From an uncultured Gemmatimonadales bacterium (lineage in GTDB: Bacteria > Gemmatimonadota > Gemmatimonadetes > Gemmatimonadales > GWC2-71-9): DNA of 64,000 bases. The position numbers were made by a program, and so were the translations under genes. The stretch covers positions 78,910 through 142,909 of the forward strand of contig CAWGJN010000006.1 of the NCBI GenBank assembly GCA_963822925.1, written 5' to 3'. Below, piece after piece: positions 23,546 to 32,512 of this stretch. How positions within the stretch are numbered: position 1 is the stretch's first letter; each line of letters starts with the position of its first letter. The notes beneath the pieces are model-generated. The model worked only from the letters and a program-made list of their open reading frames with translations, ran no database searches and was not told where the DNA came from.

Positions 23546-24257
23546 TCGCGCGCTCGTCATTATCCCCACCTACAACGAGCACGAGAATTTGCCCCAGATC
23601 GTTCCCGCCGTCCTGCTGCAGGACCAGCGGCTGGAGATCCTGGTGGTGGACGACAACTCACCCGACGGCACCGGCCAGCTCGCCGACGAGCTGGCCGCGC
23701 AGGAACCCCGGGTGCATGTGCTGCACCGAACGTCCAAGGACGGCTTGGGGCGGGCGTATATCGCCGGGTTCCAGTGGGCACTCGCGCACGGATTCGACTT
23801 CATCTTCGAGATGGATGCCGATTTCTCGCACGATCCCAAGTTCCTCCGTGACTTTCTGGTCGAGATCCAGAATGCGGATCTCGTGCTCGGATCCCGCTAC
23901 AAGCAGGGGGTCAACGTCATCAACTGGCCGATCTCGCGGCTGCTCCTGTCCCTCGGCGCAAATGCCTATGCGCGATGGATCACGGGATTGCCGCTCAGCG
24001 ACTCGACCGGGGGCTTCAAGTGCTTTCGCAGGGAGGTGCTCGAGGCCATCGATCTCGAGGCCGTCCGGTCGAACGGGTACGCCTTCCAGATCGAGATGAG
24101 CTTTCGCGCTTGGCGGAAGGGGTTCAGGCTGGTTGAGCTGCCGATTGTCTTCACCGACCGGGTGGAAGGCACAAGCAAGATGAGCAAGCGGATCGTGCGG
24201 GAGGCGATCTGGATGGTGTGGTGGCTGCGGCTGCAGGGAATGCTGGGGAAGATCTGA
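23538..24257 (+). CDS. polyprenol-monophosphate mannose/glycose synthase (Dpm1/Ppm1-like GT2)
   Basis: VIIPTYNEHENLPQI...VVDDNSPDGTG and FEMDADFSHDP motifs. 239 aa with no TM segment. 8-nt overlap with the preceding gene. Confidence 0.85.
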   Translation: MPDRALVIIPTYNEHENLPQIVPAVLLQDQRLEILVVDDNSPDGTGQLADELAAQEPRVHVLHRTSKDGLGRAYIAGFQWALAHGFDFIFEMDADFSHDPKFLRDFLVEIQNADLVLGSRYKQGVNVINWPISRLLLSLGANAYARWITGLPLSDSTGGFKCFRREVLEAIDLEAVRSNGYAFQIEMSFRAWRKGFRLVELPIVFTDRVEGTSKMSKRIVREAIWMVWWLRLQGMLGKI

Positions 24258-24295
24258 GGCTGGGGAAGGTCAGAAACCACTTGAAGGACGCACGC

Positions 24296-25126
24296 GTGCA
24301 CTTCTACAAGATGACGGGGTCCGGCAACGATTTCGTCATGCTCGATGGGCGGGAGCATCAGCTATCCGACTGGCCGGCCGCGCGCATTGCCGCGGTCTGT
24401 GCGCGACAAACCGGTGTCGGAGCCGATGGACTCGTCCTGCTGACGCCGGAAGGTACCGGCCGGGTGGCAATGCGCTACTTCAATGCCGACGGATCGTTCG
24501 CGGCCATGTGTGGCAATGCAGCACTCTGCAGCACTCGCCTCGCTGCCCGCCTCGGCCTGGCGCCGGCGGCAGAAATGATCCTGGTCACGCCAGCCGGTGA
24601 GGTCATGAGCCGGTGCGCTGATTCAGGCACCGATGCAGAGATCAACCTGCCGGCGGTGGAGCCGCTGGTGCGTATCGACGGGATTTGCCGTGCCGGGGAA
24701 CATCAGGCATGGCTCGGTCTCGTGGGCGTACCACACCTCATCGTCCTGGTCGATGACGTCGAGCGACTCGATGTAGTCGAGCGGGGCCGTCAGCTTCGAT
24801 TCGATCCGGCCCTGGGACCGGAAGGTGCCAACGTGAACTTCATCAGCCCACCACCGGGAGCGGGCAAGCCCTGGTTGATCCGGACCTATGAGCGCGGGGT
24901 GGAGGGGGAGACCCTCGCCTGTGGCACCGGGACGGTTGCCGCGGCGCTCCTTCTGGTTCAGGTAGGTCGAACCCGGCTGCCTCTGACCTTCGCCAGCCGG
25001 AGCGGCCGCCTGCTGTCCGTACGGGCCACCCCCACCAGCGCGGGCGGGTTTGACGATGTCTGGCTTCAAGGCGAGGGACGCCTGGTGTTCGATGGTGTCT
25101 TGTTCCAGACGGACAGTCCCGACTGA
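24296..25126 (+). CDS. dapF: diaminopimelate epimerase
   Basis: GTG 24296 gives VHFYKMTGSGNDFVMLDGR. Both catalytic Cys contexts are present (CGNAALC, ACGTGTVAAA). Track ORF 24218.. overlaps the preceding gene. Confidence 0.85.
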   Translation: MHFYKMTGSGNDFVMLDGREHQLSDWPAARIAAVCARQTGVGADGLVLLTPEGTGRVAMRYFNADGSFAAMCGNAALCSTRLAARLGLAPAAEMILVTPAGEVMSRCADSGTDAEINLPAVEPLVRIDGICRAGEHQAWLGLVGVPHLIVLVDDVERLDVVERGRQLRFDPALGPEGANVNFISPPPGAGKPWLIRTYERGVEGETLACGTGTVAAALLLVQVGRTRLPLTFASRSGRLLSVRATPTSAGGFDDVWLQGEGRLVFDGVLFQTDSPD

Positions 25127-25492
25127 CATCCGTAGGGCCCCGGCGTGGACACCCGGGGAACCGCAGCAGCCAGCCGTTCAGCGAACCCAACCCCAACACC
25201 GCCGCCGAGTCATTCCTCTGCGGTTACAGCCAGCCCTTACTGTCGCAATACTGCCGCGTCGATGTCGCTGTCGCCGGGAATCGGACATGAAGGGAGATGG
25301 TATCTCCACATCGCCCTGGGGTTATCCTCATCTCGAGTTAACATAATACATCTTATACGACGTTTGATTGTGTCGTTGAAGTCCCAACGACCAACGCGTC
25401 GGGCGGCCAGTGATCTGTCCTCATGGATCGCATTAGGTTACACAGCCTATCAGATTGAACAACAACTACTTCCATTCGAGCTAATGCGGGCT

Positions 25493-25525
25493 AAGAAAAA
25501 GGCCAGATGCGCTGTGCATCTGGCC
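25493..25525 (-). terminator. rho-independent terminator of the TPR gene
   Basis: Perfect 10-bp stem GGCCAGATGC / GCATCTGGCC (25501-25510 and 25516-25525) with a 5-nt loop. On the minus strand it is followed by TTTTTCTT. It lies 38 nt past the stop at 25563. Confidence 0.75.
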
Positions 25526-25562
25526 CAGGTTGCCAACCGGCCGGCGGCCGTCCCCTCGGCGG

Positions 25563-26243
25563 CTACTTCGCGCCGCTCGTCAACTCAGCCAGGCGAACCT
25601 GGGCCTCGTTGAGTGCCGGGGTCTTGCCGTAGGTGTCGATGACCTTCTGGTACGCCTTGATGGCGAGATCGGGCTTCCCGCCATCGCGGTAGGCGCGGCC
25701 AGCCTGGAGGAGGTAGTCGGCCTTGAGGTAATCGACCTGGGCCCCCGCCGAAGCCGCCTCATACGCCGCCGCGGCCTCCAGGGGCTTCTTGGTGTTCTCG
25801 AGCGCGACGCCCAGCAGGCCATAGGCCGGGACCCGGAATTCCATCGGTGGATTCTTTGCGATGAACTCCCGCAGGCCGACCACGGCGAGCTCGGTCTGCC
25901 CGTTCACCATTCGCACCTGGTTCAGAACCAGCATCGCTTCCACAGCCGAACGGGTCCCCGCATAGGTCTGGGTGACCTTCTGAAGCTCGCTGGCGGCCAA
26001 CGGCAGGTTGCCCTGCTCCGCCGCCACGCGCGCCTGCTGCACCGCTCGGGAGGCGAAGGCTTCCTTGCGCGCAGCCGACGTCTTCCAGAACCAGCTCCCA
26101 GCTGCGACGACGACGACAGCACTGACGGCTGCCAGCACCAGGTTACGGCGCGCCGGGACCGCCCACCAATCGCTGGCGTCGCCTTTATGGGCCCGGGCTG
26201 GCGCCGTCACGGTATGGGAGGGCTTACTGGGTGGAGCCTGCAT
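25563..26243 (-). CDS. membrane-anchored tetratricopeptide-repeat protein (YfgM-like architecture)
   Basis: ATG 26243 (MQAPPSK...) is followed by one TM (LVLAAVSAVVVVAAGSWFW) and then TPR-like helices. The longer track ORF to 26501 would run through the tRNA gene, so it was trimmed. Confidence 0.6.
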   Translation of the reverse strand: MQAPPSKPSHTVTAPARAHKGDASDWWAVPARRNLVLAAVSAVVVVAAGSWFWKTSAARKEAFASRAVQQARVAAEQGNLPLAASELQKVTQTYAGTRSAVEAMLVLNQVRMVNGQTELAVVGLREFIAKNPPMEFRVPAYGLLGVALENTKKPLEAAAAYEAASAGAQVDYLKADYLLQAGRAYRDGGKPDLAIKAYQKVIDTYGKTPALNEAQVRLAELTSGAK

Positions 26244-26470
26244 TGTCGTGGTCGCCACGGGTTGCCGAAGGTCAGTGGTCAGGGTCCTTCCGGCCGGAAC
26301 GGTTCCGGGTCCGGGAGCTACAGCCTCTAAAATTAGCTGCCACAGGCGGTTGCGGTCAACGCGTGAAGTGGCAGCGCCCCGGCACGGCGCTATGCCTCGC
26401 AACCGGGTCAGAATGCCGATATGGGGGGAAAGGAACTGGCCGGAATCTCCCGCATTCCTTGACGACCGAG

Positions 26471-26544
26471 TACCCCCGGGCGGAATCGAACCGCCGGCCA
26501 ACAGTTTAGGAAACTGCTGCTCTATCCAACTGAGCTACGGGGGC
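26471..26544 (-). tRNA. tRNA-Arg (anticodon CCT)
   Basis: The reverse complement folds as a cloverleaf: GCCCCCG/TA/GCTC-AGTTGGATA-GAGC/A/GCAGT-TTCCTAA-ACTGT/TGGCC/GGCGG-TTCGATT-CCGCC/CGGGGGT/A. 74 nt, with no encoded CCA. Confidence 0.9.
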
Positions 26545-26703
26545 GTGCAGGAAAAATGTACACTCTGCCGGGCCTCCATTGGAGCTGGAAGGTGAATCGC
26601 AGGGACGCTGCAGCGGGTACGAGTAACGACCGGCGGCGTCCGCCGGGATCTGTGCAGTTCAGCCGGCCGATGGCGGCTACCACCCGACGCAGGAGGCAAC
26701 CGC

Positions 26704-27117
26704 ATGAGTCAAGCAGCCGGTATGAGTCGAAGGAACTTGCTCCTGGCAGGCGCAATGATCTTCTCGGCTGCCGTCTTCACCCTCAGTGCGTGCAGCAATG
26801 ACGGAGATGGGTCTAACACCACGCCCTGCAACCTCGATACCGGTGCCTCGAGCATCTCCGGCAACCTCGCGGTGCACTACGAAGCCTCGACGACCGGCAA
26901 CGGCACCTTGTCCTCGATCACGTATGCAACGGATGCCGGCAATGTCGTTGTGACCACCCCAACGCTTCCCTGGGAGACTGACATCACCCTCGCGACGGCG
27001 CAAGCGAGGCTCCGTGCCGTCGGAGATGTGAGCAGTGGGAGCATCCAGATCCAGTATCAGGCCGATGGCGGCCCGGGGAACGTCGAGCAGGGCGAGAATT
27101 CCTGCACTGCCGACTGA
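26704..27117 (+). CDS. small secreted lipoprotein, function unknown
   Basis: Signal peptide with a lipobox (MSRRNLLLAGAMIFSAAVFTLSAC; alternative start ATG 26722), followed by a Ser/Thr/Gly-rich, beta-like mature part. Confidence 0.5.
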   Translation: MSQAAGMSRRNLLLAGAMIFSAAVFTLSACSNDGDGSNTTPCNLDTGASSISGNLAVHYEASTTGNGTLSSITYATDAGNVVVTTPTLPWETDITLATAQARLRAVGDVSSGSIQIQYQADGGPGNVEQGENSCTAD

Positions 27118-27181
27118 CTACCCGCCCTGACGATGAGTCGCGCCCCGTGCGCGATTCATCGCCAGGGGTACACTATTGGCC

Positions 27182-28291
27182 ATGACCCGCGCACCGGATG
27201 GTTGCCTTACCCTGACGCTGTTGCTCGACGTGGGCGAGCGAATCAACCTCGCCGTCGCCGAGTCGCGCGTGCGATCTGCCGGTGGCGAGGGTCGCCACCC
27301 CACCCTGCGCCGAAGTGAGGCGAGAGGCAGCGTCAGGATACCCGCTCCCCCACTGATCCTCGAGCTTCCCCCCGTCGAGACACCCGCGGCCCCGGCACTG
27401 CCAGCGGGCTGGACCGAGACCCTGCAGGCTGCAGTCTACGATTTCGGTGTGGTCAGCTGCCGCCGGCTCCTTACCTGGCCACCGACGGCCGCGTGGCCGG
27501 AGCTGGTTCCCATCATTGCCCGGCTGATTCATGAGGAAAACATGCAGCGGTGGGCGCAGCCGCTTGCCGTCGCCACGGAGTCTCTGCTCGGACCGGCCAT
27601 TCATGAGCCCGATCGGAGCCTGGCGCGGGAGGAATACGCGATCCTCCGACTGGCCGCCGAGCCCCAGGGAGGGTTCGGCGAATCGGACATGTCCCGGCTG
27701 TTGCTGGGTGAGGAGCGTGCACTGGCGCCGGCGGCCCGCGAAGGGCTGCTGGGACGGGAATTCCGCTATACCCTGCTCGACCGCACGATCGTGGCATATG
27801 ATGCGGCCCTGGTGATCGAGCCGGACCCGACCGACCACGACGTGGAGCTCCTGCTCGAGTTCGCCAACGCGCAGCTGCTGGAACTCGAGGTGTACGACGG
27901 CATCCTCGAGACCCGCTTGCCACAACTCGATGCGCGCGCCGCCTCCATGAGTGCCGGGCCCGGGGCGCTGCTCGCCCGCCGGCCGCAGCAGGTGGTAACC
28001 GAATTACACCGGTTGACCACCCGCACGTCGCGCCTGATCGAACAGGCGACGAATGCCCTGCGAATTACGGATGACATCTACCTGGCCCGGATCTACCGGG
28101 CTGCGCTGGACGTGATGAATGAGCCGGCGTGGAGGCAAAGCGTGGAGCGAAAGTTGATGCTGGCCCGCACCATGGCCGAGGCGCTGAACGATCTGGCCGT
28201 GACCGCACGGGCCCAGGCGCTCGAGATCATCATCATCCTGCTCATTCTCAGCGAACTGGTGCTTACCCTCCTGCGCCGGTCACCCTCGTAA
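27182..28291 (+). CDS. RMD1/YagE-like (DUF155) protein with C-terminal TM helix
   Basis: About 370 aa. The C-terminal ALEIIIILLILSELVLTLL helix, preceded by a coiled region (IYLARIYRAALDVMNEPAWRQSVERKL), resembles the DUF155 family end. The assignment rests on remembered family features only. Confidence 0.45.
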   Translation: MTRAPDGCLTLTLLLDVGERINLAVAESRVRSAGGEGRHPTLRRSEARGSVRIPAPPLILELPPVETPAAPALPAGWTETLQAAVYDFGVVSCRRLLTWPPTAAWPELVPIIARLIHEENMQRWAQPLAVATESLLGPAIHEPDRSLAREEYAILRLAAEPQGGFGESDMSRLLLGEERALAPAAREGLLGREFRYTLLDRTIVAYDAALVIEPDPTDHDVELLLEFANAQLLELEVYDGILETRLPQLDARAASMSAGPGALLARRPQQVVTELHRLTTRTSRLIEQATNALRITDDIYLARIYRAALDVMNEPAWRQSVERKLMLARTMAEALNDLAVTARAQALEIIIILLILSELVLTLLRRSPS

Positions 28292-28299
28292 TTACCGCG

Positions 28300-28830
28300 C
28301 TAAATGGAAACCAGTGACACATGTGGGGCGCCGGACAACCGCTGGTGCCCGTTCAGTACGCCTATCTCCAGCAGGAAGGTCCAGCCGACGAGTTCGGCGC
28401 CGAGGCGCCGCACGAGCTTGCCCGCCGCCGCTGCTGTCCCGCCGGTCGCCAGGACATCGTCGGCGATAAGCACCCGGTCACCTGCCCCGCACGCGTCGCG
28501 ATGGGCCTCGAGGCTGTCCTCGCCGTACTCGAGCGCATACTTCTCCGCCACCGATTCCCACGGCAGCTTGCCGGGTTTCCGAAGCGGAATGAATCCGGCA
28601 CCGATGCGGGTCGCAAGCGGAGCTCCCAGGATGAATCCGCGCGCCTCGATGCCGACGACGTGAGTAACGCGCGCATCGCGAAAGGGAGCTGCCATCGCGT
28701 CCACCGTATCGGCAAACAGGCGCCCGTTGTGCAGAACTGGCGTGATGTCCTGGAAAATGATGCCGGGCTTCGGGTGATCGGGGATGGAGCGCAGGGTACG
28801 ACGGACCTGGTCGGCGACGGCGCTGGACAT
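28300..28830 (-). CDS. apt: adenine phosphoribosyltransferase
   Basis: The PRPP-binding motif VLIADDVLATGGTAAA is present, along with DITPVL near the N-terminus. 176 aa. Confidence 0.9.
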   Translation of the reverse strand: MSSAVADQVRRTLRSIPDHPKPGIIFQDITPVLHNGRLFADTVDAMAAPFRDARVTHVVGIEARGFILGAPLATRIGAGFIPLRKPGKLPWESVAEKYALEYGEDSLEAHRDACGAGDRVLIADDVLATGGTAAAAGKLVRRLGAELVGWTFLLEIGVLNGHQRLSGAPHVSLVSI

Positions 28831-28832
28831 GG

Positions 28833-29099
28833 TTACCGGGTGCTGAAGGTGGTGAACGACTCGGTGAACGTTGCGGGCTCTGCGGCGACACCGGTGACGC
28901 GCGCAGACCTCGGGCCGCGCGCCAGTGCCTTCTCGAACGCCTCCAGTGCGTCGGCATCCCCGTCGGCCAGCACTTCGACCCGGCCATCGGAAAGATTGGC
29001 GGCAAAGCCCACCAACCCGAGTCGTAGCGCCTCAGCCTGCGCAAAATAGCGGTAGCCGACACCCTGCACGCGCCCGCTCACGAGGTACCGGCGGGTCAT
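28833..29099 (-). CDS. acyP: acylphosphatase
   Basis: 88 aa with the signature [13 protein letters not shown]. Confidence 0.85.
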   Translation of the reverse strand: MTRRYLVSGRVQGVGYRYFAQAEALRLGLVGFAANLSDGRVEVLADGDADALEAFEKALARGPRSARVTGVAAEPATFTESFTTFSTR

Positions 29100-29737
29100 G
29101 TCGACGGCTGACGACGCTGGCGCACAAACTCGAGGAGGATCGGGGCCATCGACAGCGCGATGATCGCGATCACGACGAAGCTGAAGTTCTGCTTCACCGC
29201 GGGCAGATTGCCGAACAGGTAGCCACCCACCACGAACAACCCCACCCAGAGCAGCGATCCGGCCAGGCTGAACACAATGAACCGCGCATACCGCATGTGG
29301 CCGATGCCCGCCACGAACGGGGCGAAGGTGCGAACAATCGGAACGAAGCGCGCCATGATGACCGTGTTGCCGCCGTGCTTGGCGTAGAACCGCTCGGTGC
29401 GCTCCAAGTACGCCTGCTTGATGAACCGGATGTTTCCGCTGAAGGCGCGCCGCCCGATGCGGTAGCCGATGAAATAGTTGACATTGTCGCCGAGAAATGC
29501 CGCGACGATGAACAGCGGAGCAAGAACCCGCACGTCCAGGCCTCCCAGCCCGGCGATGGCGCCCGCGGCGAACAACAGCGAGTCGCCCGGCAGGAATGGC
29601 GTCACCACGAGTCCCGTTTCACAGAACACGATGAGAAACAGGATGAGGTAGGTCCAGGTGCCGTACTGGGACGTGATCTCGGTGAGGTGCGCATCGAGAT
29701 GCAGGAAGAAATCGAGGGCGGTCTGCAGGAATTCCAT
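29096..29737 (-). CDS. DedA-family (SNARE-associated) membrane protein
   Basis: 213 aa with the conserved [22 protein letters not shown] motif. ATGA-type overlap with acyP. Confidence 0.85.
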   Translation of the reverse strand: MEFLQTALDFFLHLDAHLTEITSQYGTWTYLILFLIVFCETGLVVTPFLPGDSLLFAAGAIAGLGGLDVRVLAPLFIVAAFLGDNVNYFIGYRIGRRAFSGNIRFIKQAYLERTERFYAKHGGNTVIMARFVPIVRTFAPFVAGIGHMRYARFIVFSLAGSLLWVGLFVVGGYLFGNLPAVKQNFSFVVIAIIALSMAPILLEFVRQRRQPST

Positions 29738-29752
29738 CAGGTCTCCGTCGTG

Positions 29753-30421
29753 TCAGCCGCGGAAGCCGTGCTCGCCGATCAGCGGCACAAAGCGCACGTC
29801 ACCAAGCGTGGTGCTTTCGTACGAACCCTGGTCGCGACGTGTCACCAGGTGCAGCACCTGCTGCTCCCGGTCGCCGATGGGGATGACCAGGCGGCCGCCT
29901 ACCGCCAGCTGCTCCAGCAGGGGCCGCGGAACCTCCGGGGACGCGGCGGCCACCACGATCGCGTCGTACGGCGCATACGGACGCCAGCCGAGCGTACCGT
30001 CACCCCCCATGATCGTGACGTTCTTGAGGCCGAGTTCGGCCATGATCTTCTGCGCTTCGCGGGTGAGCTCGGGCACCCGCTCGACGCTGAAGACCCGGTC
30101 AGCGAGCAGGGCCAGCAGTGCGGTCTGGTACCCCGACCCGGTGCCCACCTCAAGTACTTTCTCACGTCCGCTCAGGCCCAGCACTTCGATGTAACGCGCC
30201 TGCACCCACGGCTGGGAAATGGTCTGGCCGCCGCCAATGGGAAGCGCTGCATCCTCGTAGGCCCGGTGCTTGACGCTCTCGGGCACGAAGCGATGGCGCG
30301 GCACGAGGCTCACGGCGCGGAGCACGCCGAGGTCGTGAATGCCCTTGGACTGCAGCGTCTCCACCAGGCGCGTGCGGTAGCCCTGGTAGCTGTCGCCCCC
30401 GCTCAACCCTCCAGCGACCAT
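29753..30421 (-). CDS. pcm: protein-L-isoaspartate O-methyltransferase
   Basis: PRHRFVPE, GQTISQPWV and VLEVGTGSGYQTALLA motifs. ATG 30421 is preferred over the longer ORF to 30574, which lies inside surE. Confidence 0.85.
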   Translation of the reverse strand: MVAGGLSGGDSYQGYRTRLVETLQSKGIHDLGVLRAVSLVPRHRFVPESVKHRAYEDAALPIGGGQTISQPWVQARYIEVLGLSGREKVLEVGTGSGYQTALLALLADRVFSVERVPELTREAQKIMAELGLKNVTIMGGDGTLGWRPYAPYDAIVVAAASPEVPRPLLEQLAVGGRLVIPIGDREQQVLHLVTRRDQGSYESTTLGDVRFVPLIGEHGFRG

Positions 30422-31152
30422 CCCCTCACCGTTTCCAAAAGACCATAGTTCGTGAGGTCCATCTGCAGCGGCGTCACCGAGATGTAGCCCTCGTGAATCG
30501 CGGCGTGATCTGAGGTTATGCCTCCGGTCCAGGTGATGCTCCCGCCCCCGATCCAGAATATCTCCCGTCCCCACGGATCCTTCATCCGCATCAGCGATTC
30601 GGAGAAGTAGCGGCTTCCGAGGCTCGTCACCTTGAGACCTTTCGCCTCGCTCAAGGGGATGGGCGGGAAATTCACGTTGAGCAGTGTGCTTACCGGGAAC
30701 TCGGCGAGGGTGGTCACGTGCCGTACCAGCCGCGCGAGCGCGTCGCGGTAGGTCGGCATGGCCTCGGGATTATGGCCCGCAAACGAGAGCGCCACGCCTG
30801 GTACGCCCAGCATCACGGCCTCCATCGCGGCCGAGACGGTTCCGGAGTAGAGGACGTCCTCGCCCATGTTGGGGCCGTGATTCACACCGGAGAAAACGAA
30901 GTCGGGGCGCTCGGGCATGAGCGCCTGCATGGCCAGCATGACACAGTCGGTGGGCGTACCATCGACCTGCCACGCGCCATCGGGCCGGCGCTGGGGACGG
31001 AGCGGACGATGCAGCGTCAGCGAATGGCTGGTGCCGCTCTGCTCCCGGTCCGGCGCCACCACAGTGACGGCCGCGACCTCACGACAGGCGTCGGCGAGCA
31101 GGGCGAGACCAGGAGCAAGGATGCCATCGTCGTTCGTGACGAGGATGTTCAC
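30403..31152 (-). CDS. surE: 5'/3'-nucleotidase SurE
   Basis: MNILVTNDDGILAPGL N-terminus and the GVNHGPNMG motif. 249 aa. surE-pcm order as in many bacteria. Confidence 0.9.
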   Translation of the reverse strand: MNILVTNDDGILAPGLALLADACREVAAVTVVAPDREQSGTSHSLTLHRPLRPQRRPDGAWQVDGTPTDCVMLAMQALMPERPDFVFSGVNHGPNMGEDVLYSGTVSAAMEAVMLGVPGVALSFAGHNPEAMPTYRDALARLVRHVTTLAEFPVSTLLNVNFPPIPLSEAKGLKVTSLGSRYFSESLMRMKDPWGREIFWIGGGSITWTGGITSDHAAIHEGYISVTPLQMDLTNYGLLETVRGWSLEG

Positions 31153-31526
31153 TGCCCGCCGGCCACCTTCCGCCCGTCGATGAGGGCGAGCAGTTCGTCG
31201 AAGCCGGCCCGGAGGTCGCGCACCGTCTCGAGCTCGAGCGCGCGACGCGATTCGGCCCGCAAGGCGCCGGAACGGCGATACTGTTCCACCCGGTGGCGGG
31301 CTCCCTCGATGGTGTACTTGTCGGTGTAGAGCAGGTGCTTCACCAGGAGGATCAGTTCGATCTCGCGCGCCTTGTACACCCGATTGCCGGAGCGATTCTT
31401 GGCCGGGTTGAGGAAGCGGAACTGGCTCTCCCAGTACCGGAGCACGTGCGGCTTGAGATCAGTGAGGGTGCAGACCTCGCCGATGGAGAAGAATTCCTGC
31501 GTGGTGCCAATCGTTGTCACCGCCAT
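31149..31526 (-). CDS. MerR-family transcriptional regulator
   Basis: N-terminal HTH FSIGEVCTLTDLKPHVLRYWESQF...RVYKAREIELIL. 125 aa. Confidence 0.75.
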   Translation of the reverse strand: MAVTTIGTTQEFFSIGEVCTLTDLKPHVLRYWESQFRFLNPAKNRSGNRVYKAREIELILLVKHLLYTDKYTIEGARHRVEQYRRSGALRAESRRALELETVRDLRAGFDELLALIDGRKVAGGQ

Positions 31527-32512
31527 TGTTCGGCCTTGAGCGTGCGCTCCATCAGGTTGCGGACGGCTTCAGCCGGCGATTGCCCCTCGAAGAGAATCGC
31601 GGCCACTTCGGTGGAAATCGGCAGTTCGACGCCCAGCTGCTGGCCGAGGGCCGAGGCCGCCTGGGCCGCATTGGCGCCCTCGGCCACGGTCCGGTGCCGG
31701 GCCCGGTAGGCCTCGTACGTTTCGCCCTTCGCGAGGGCGATGCCGAGCTGACGGTTGCGGCTCAGGTCGCCGGTGGCCGTGAGGATGAGATCGCCCATCC
31801 CGGCCAGCCCCGCGAAAGTGAGTGCATCGGCGCCGTGAGCTACGCCCAGACGGGTGATCTCGGCCAGGCCGCGGGTGAGCAGGGCCGCGCGCGCGTTGTT
31901 GCCAAGGCCCATGCCGTCGAGCACGCCCGCCGCGATGGCGATCACGTTCTTCAGGGCACCCCCGAGCTCGACTCCGACGACATCCGCATTGGAGTAGACC
32001 CGGAAGCGCGGCGTGGCGAAGGCGGCCTGCACCACTTCAGCCACGGCGGGATCGACCGAGCTCGCCACCACCGCCGTTGGGCGATCCTGATATACCTCGC
32101 GCGCGAAGCTCGGACCGGAAAGCACCGCCAGGCGGGCCTGTGGCAGCTCAGCGGCAATCACGTCGGACATGAGCGCGAGGGTATCGGTTTCCAGACCCTT
32201 GGTAGCGCTGACGATGATGGTACCCACAGGCACCGCGTCGCGCACCCGCCGGAGAACCGAGCGCAGCGCGTGGCTCGGAGCCACCGAGACGATCAGGTCC
32301 GCCCCCTGCACCGCCCCGGAGGCATCGCCGGTGGCGCGCAGGGCGGGCGCCAATGGCGAGTCGGGCAGGAACACCGGATTGACGTGCGAGGCATTGATGG
32401 CCTCGACGACATCGGGCTCGTATGCCCAGAGGATGACCTCTTCGCCCTTTCGCGCCAGCAAATTGGCCAGCGTGGTGCCCCAGCTTCCCGCGCCCAGGAC
32501 GGCAATGCGCAT
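31517..32512 (-). CDS. gpsA: NAD(P)H-dependent glycerol-3-phosphate dehydrogenase
   Basis: ATG 32512 gives MRIAVLGAGSWGTTLANLLA, a Rossmann fold. The ALKNVIAIAAG motif is present. The longer track ORF extends into plsY. Confidence 0.9.
   Translation of the reverse strand: MRIAVLGAGSWGTTLANLLARKGEEVILWAYEPDVVEAINASHVNPVFLPDSPLAPALRATGDASGAVQGADLIVSVAPSHALRSVLRRVRDAVPVGTIIVSATKGLETDTLALMSDVIAAELPQARLAVLSGPSFAREVYQDRPTAVVASSVDPAVAEVVQAAFATPRFRVYSNADVVGVELGGALKNVIAIAAGVLDGMGLGNNARAALLTRGLAEITRLGVAHGADALTFAGLAGMGDLILTATGDLSRNRQLGIALAKGETYEAYRARHRTVAEGANAAQAASALGQQLGVELPISTEVAAILFEGQSPAEAVRNLMERTLKAEQWR

Noticed and set aside
25138-25158. Hairpin CCCCGG-N9-CCGGGG just after the dapF stop, as a dapF terminator
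   Set aside because: The stem is only 6 bp with a 9-nt loop and has no downstream T-tract, which is insufficient to call an intrinsic terminator.
25293-25340. Possible 14-codon ORF (ATG GTA TCT CCA ... TAA) preceded by AAGGGAG in the AT-rich spacer
   Set aside because: The purine-rich motif abuts the ATG directly, so the spacing is unusable. The ATG lies inside a hairpin, and the peptide has no distinguishing features.
26244-26501. N-terminal extension of the TPR protein ORF (track start 26501)
   Set aside because: The extension runs through the tRNA-Arg gene (26471-26544) and has non-protein-like composition. The internal ATG 26243, followed by a TM helix, is a coherent start.
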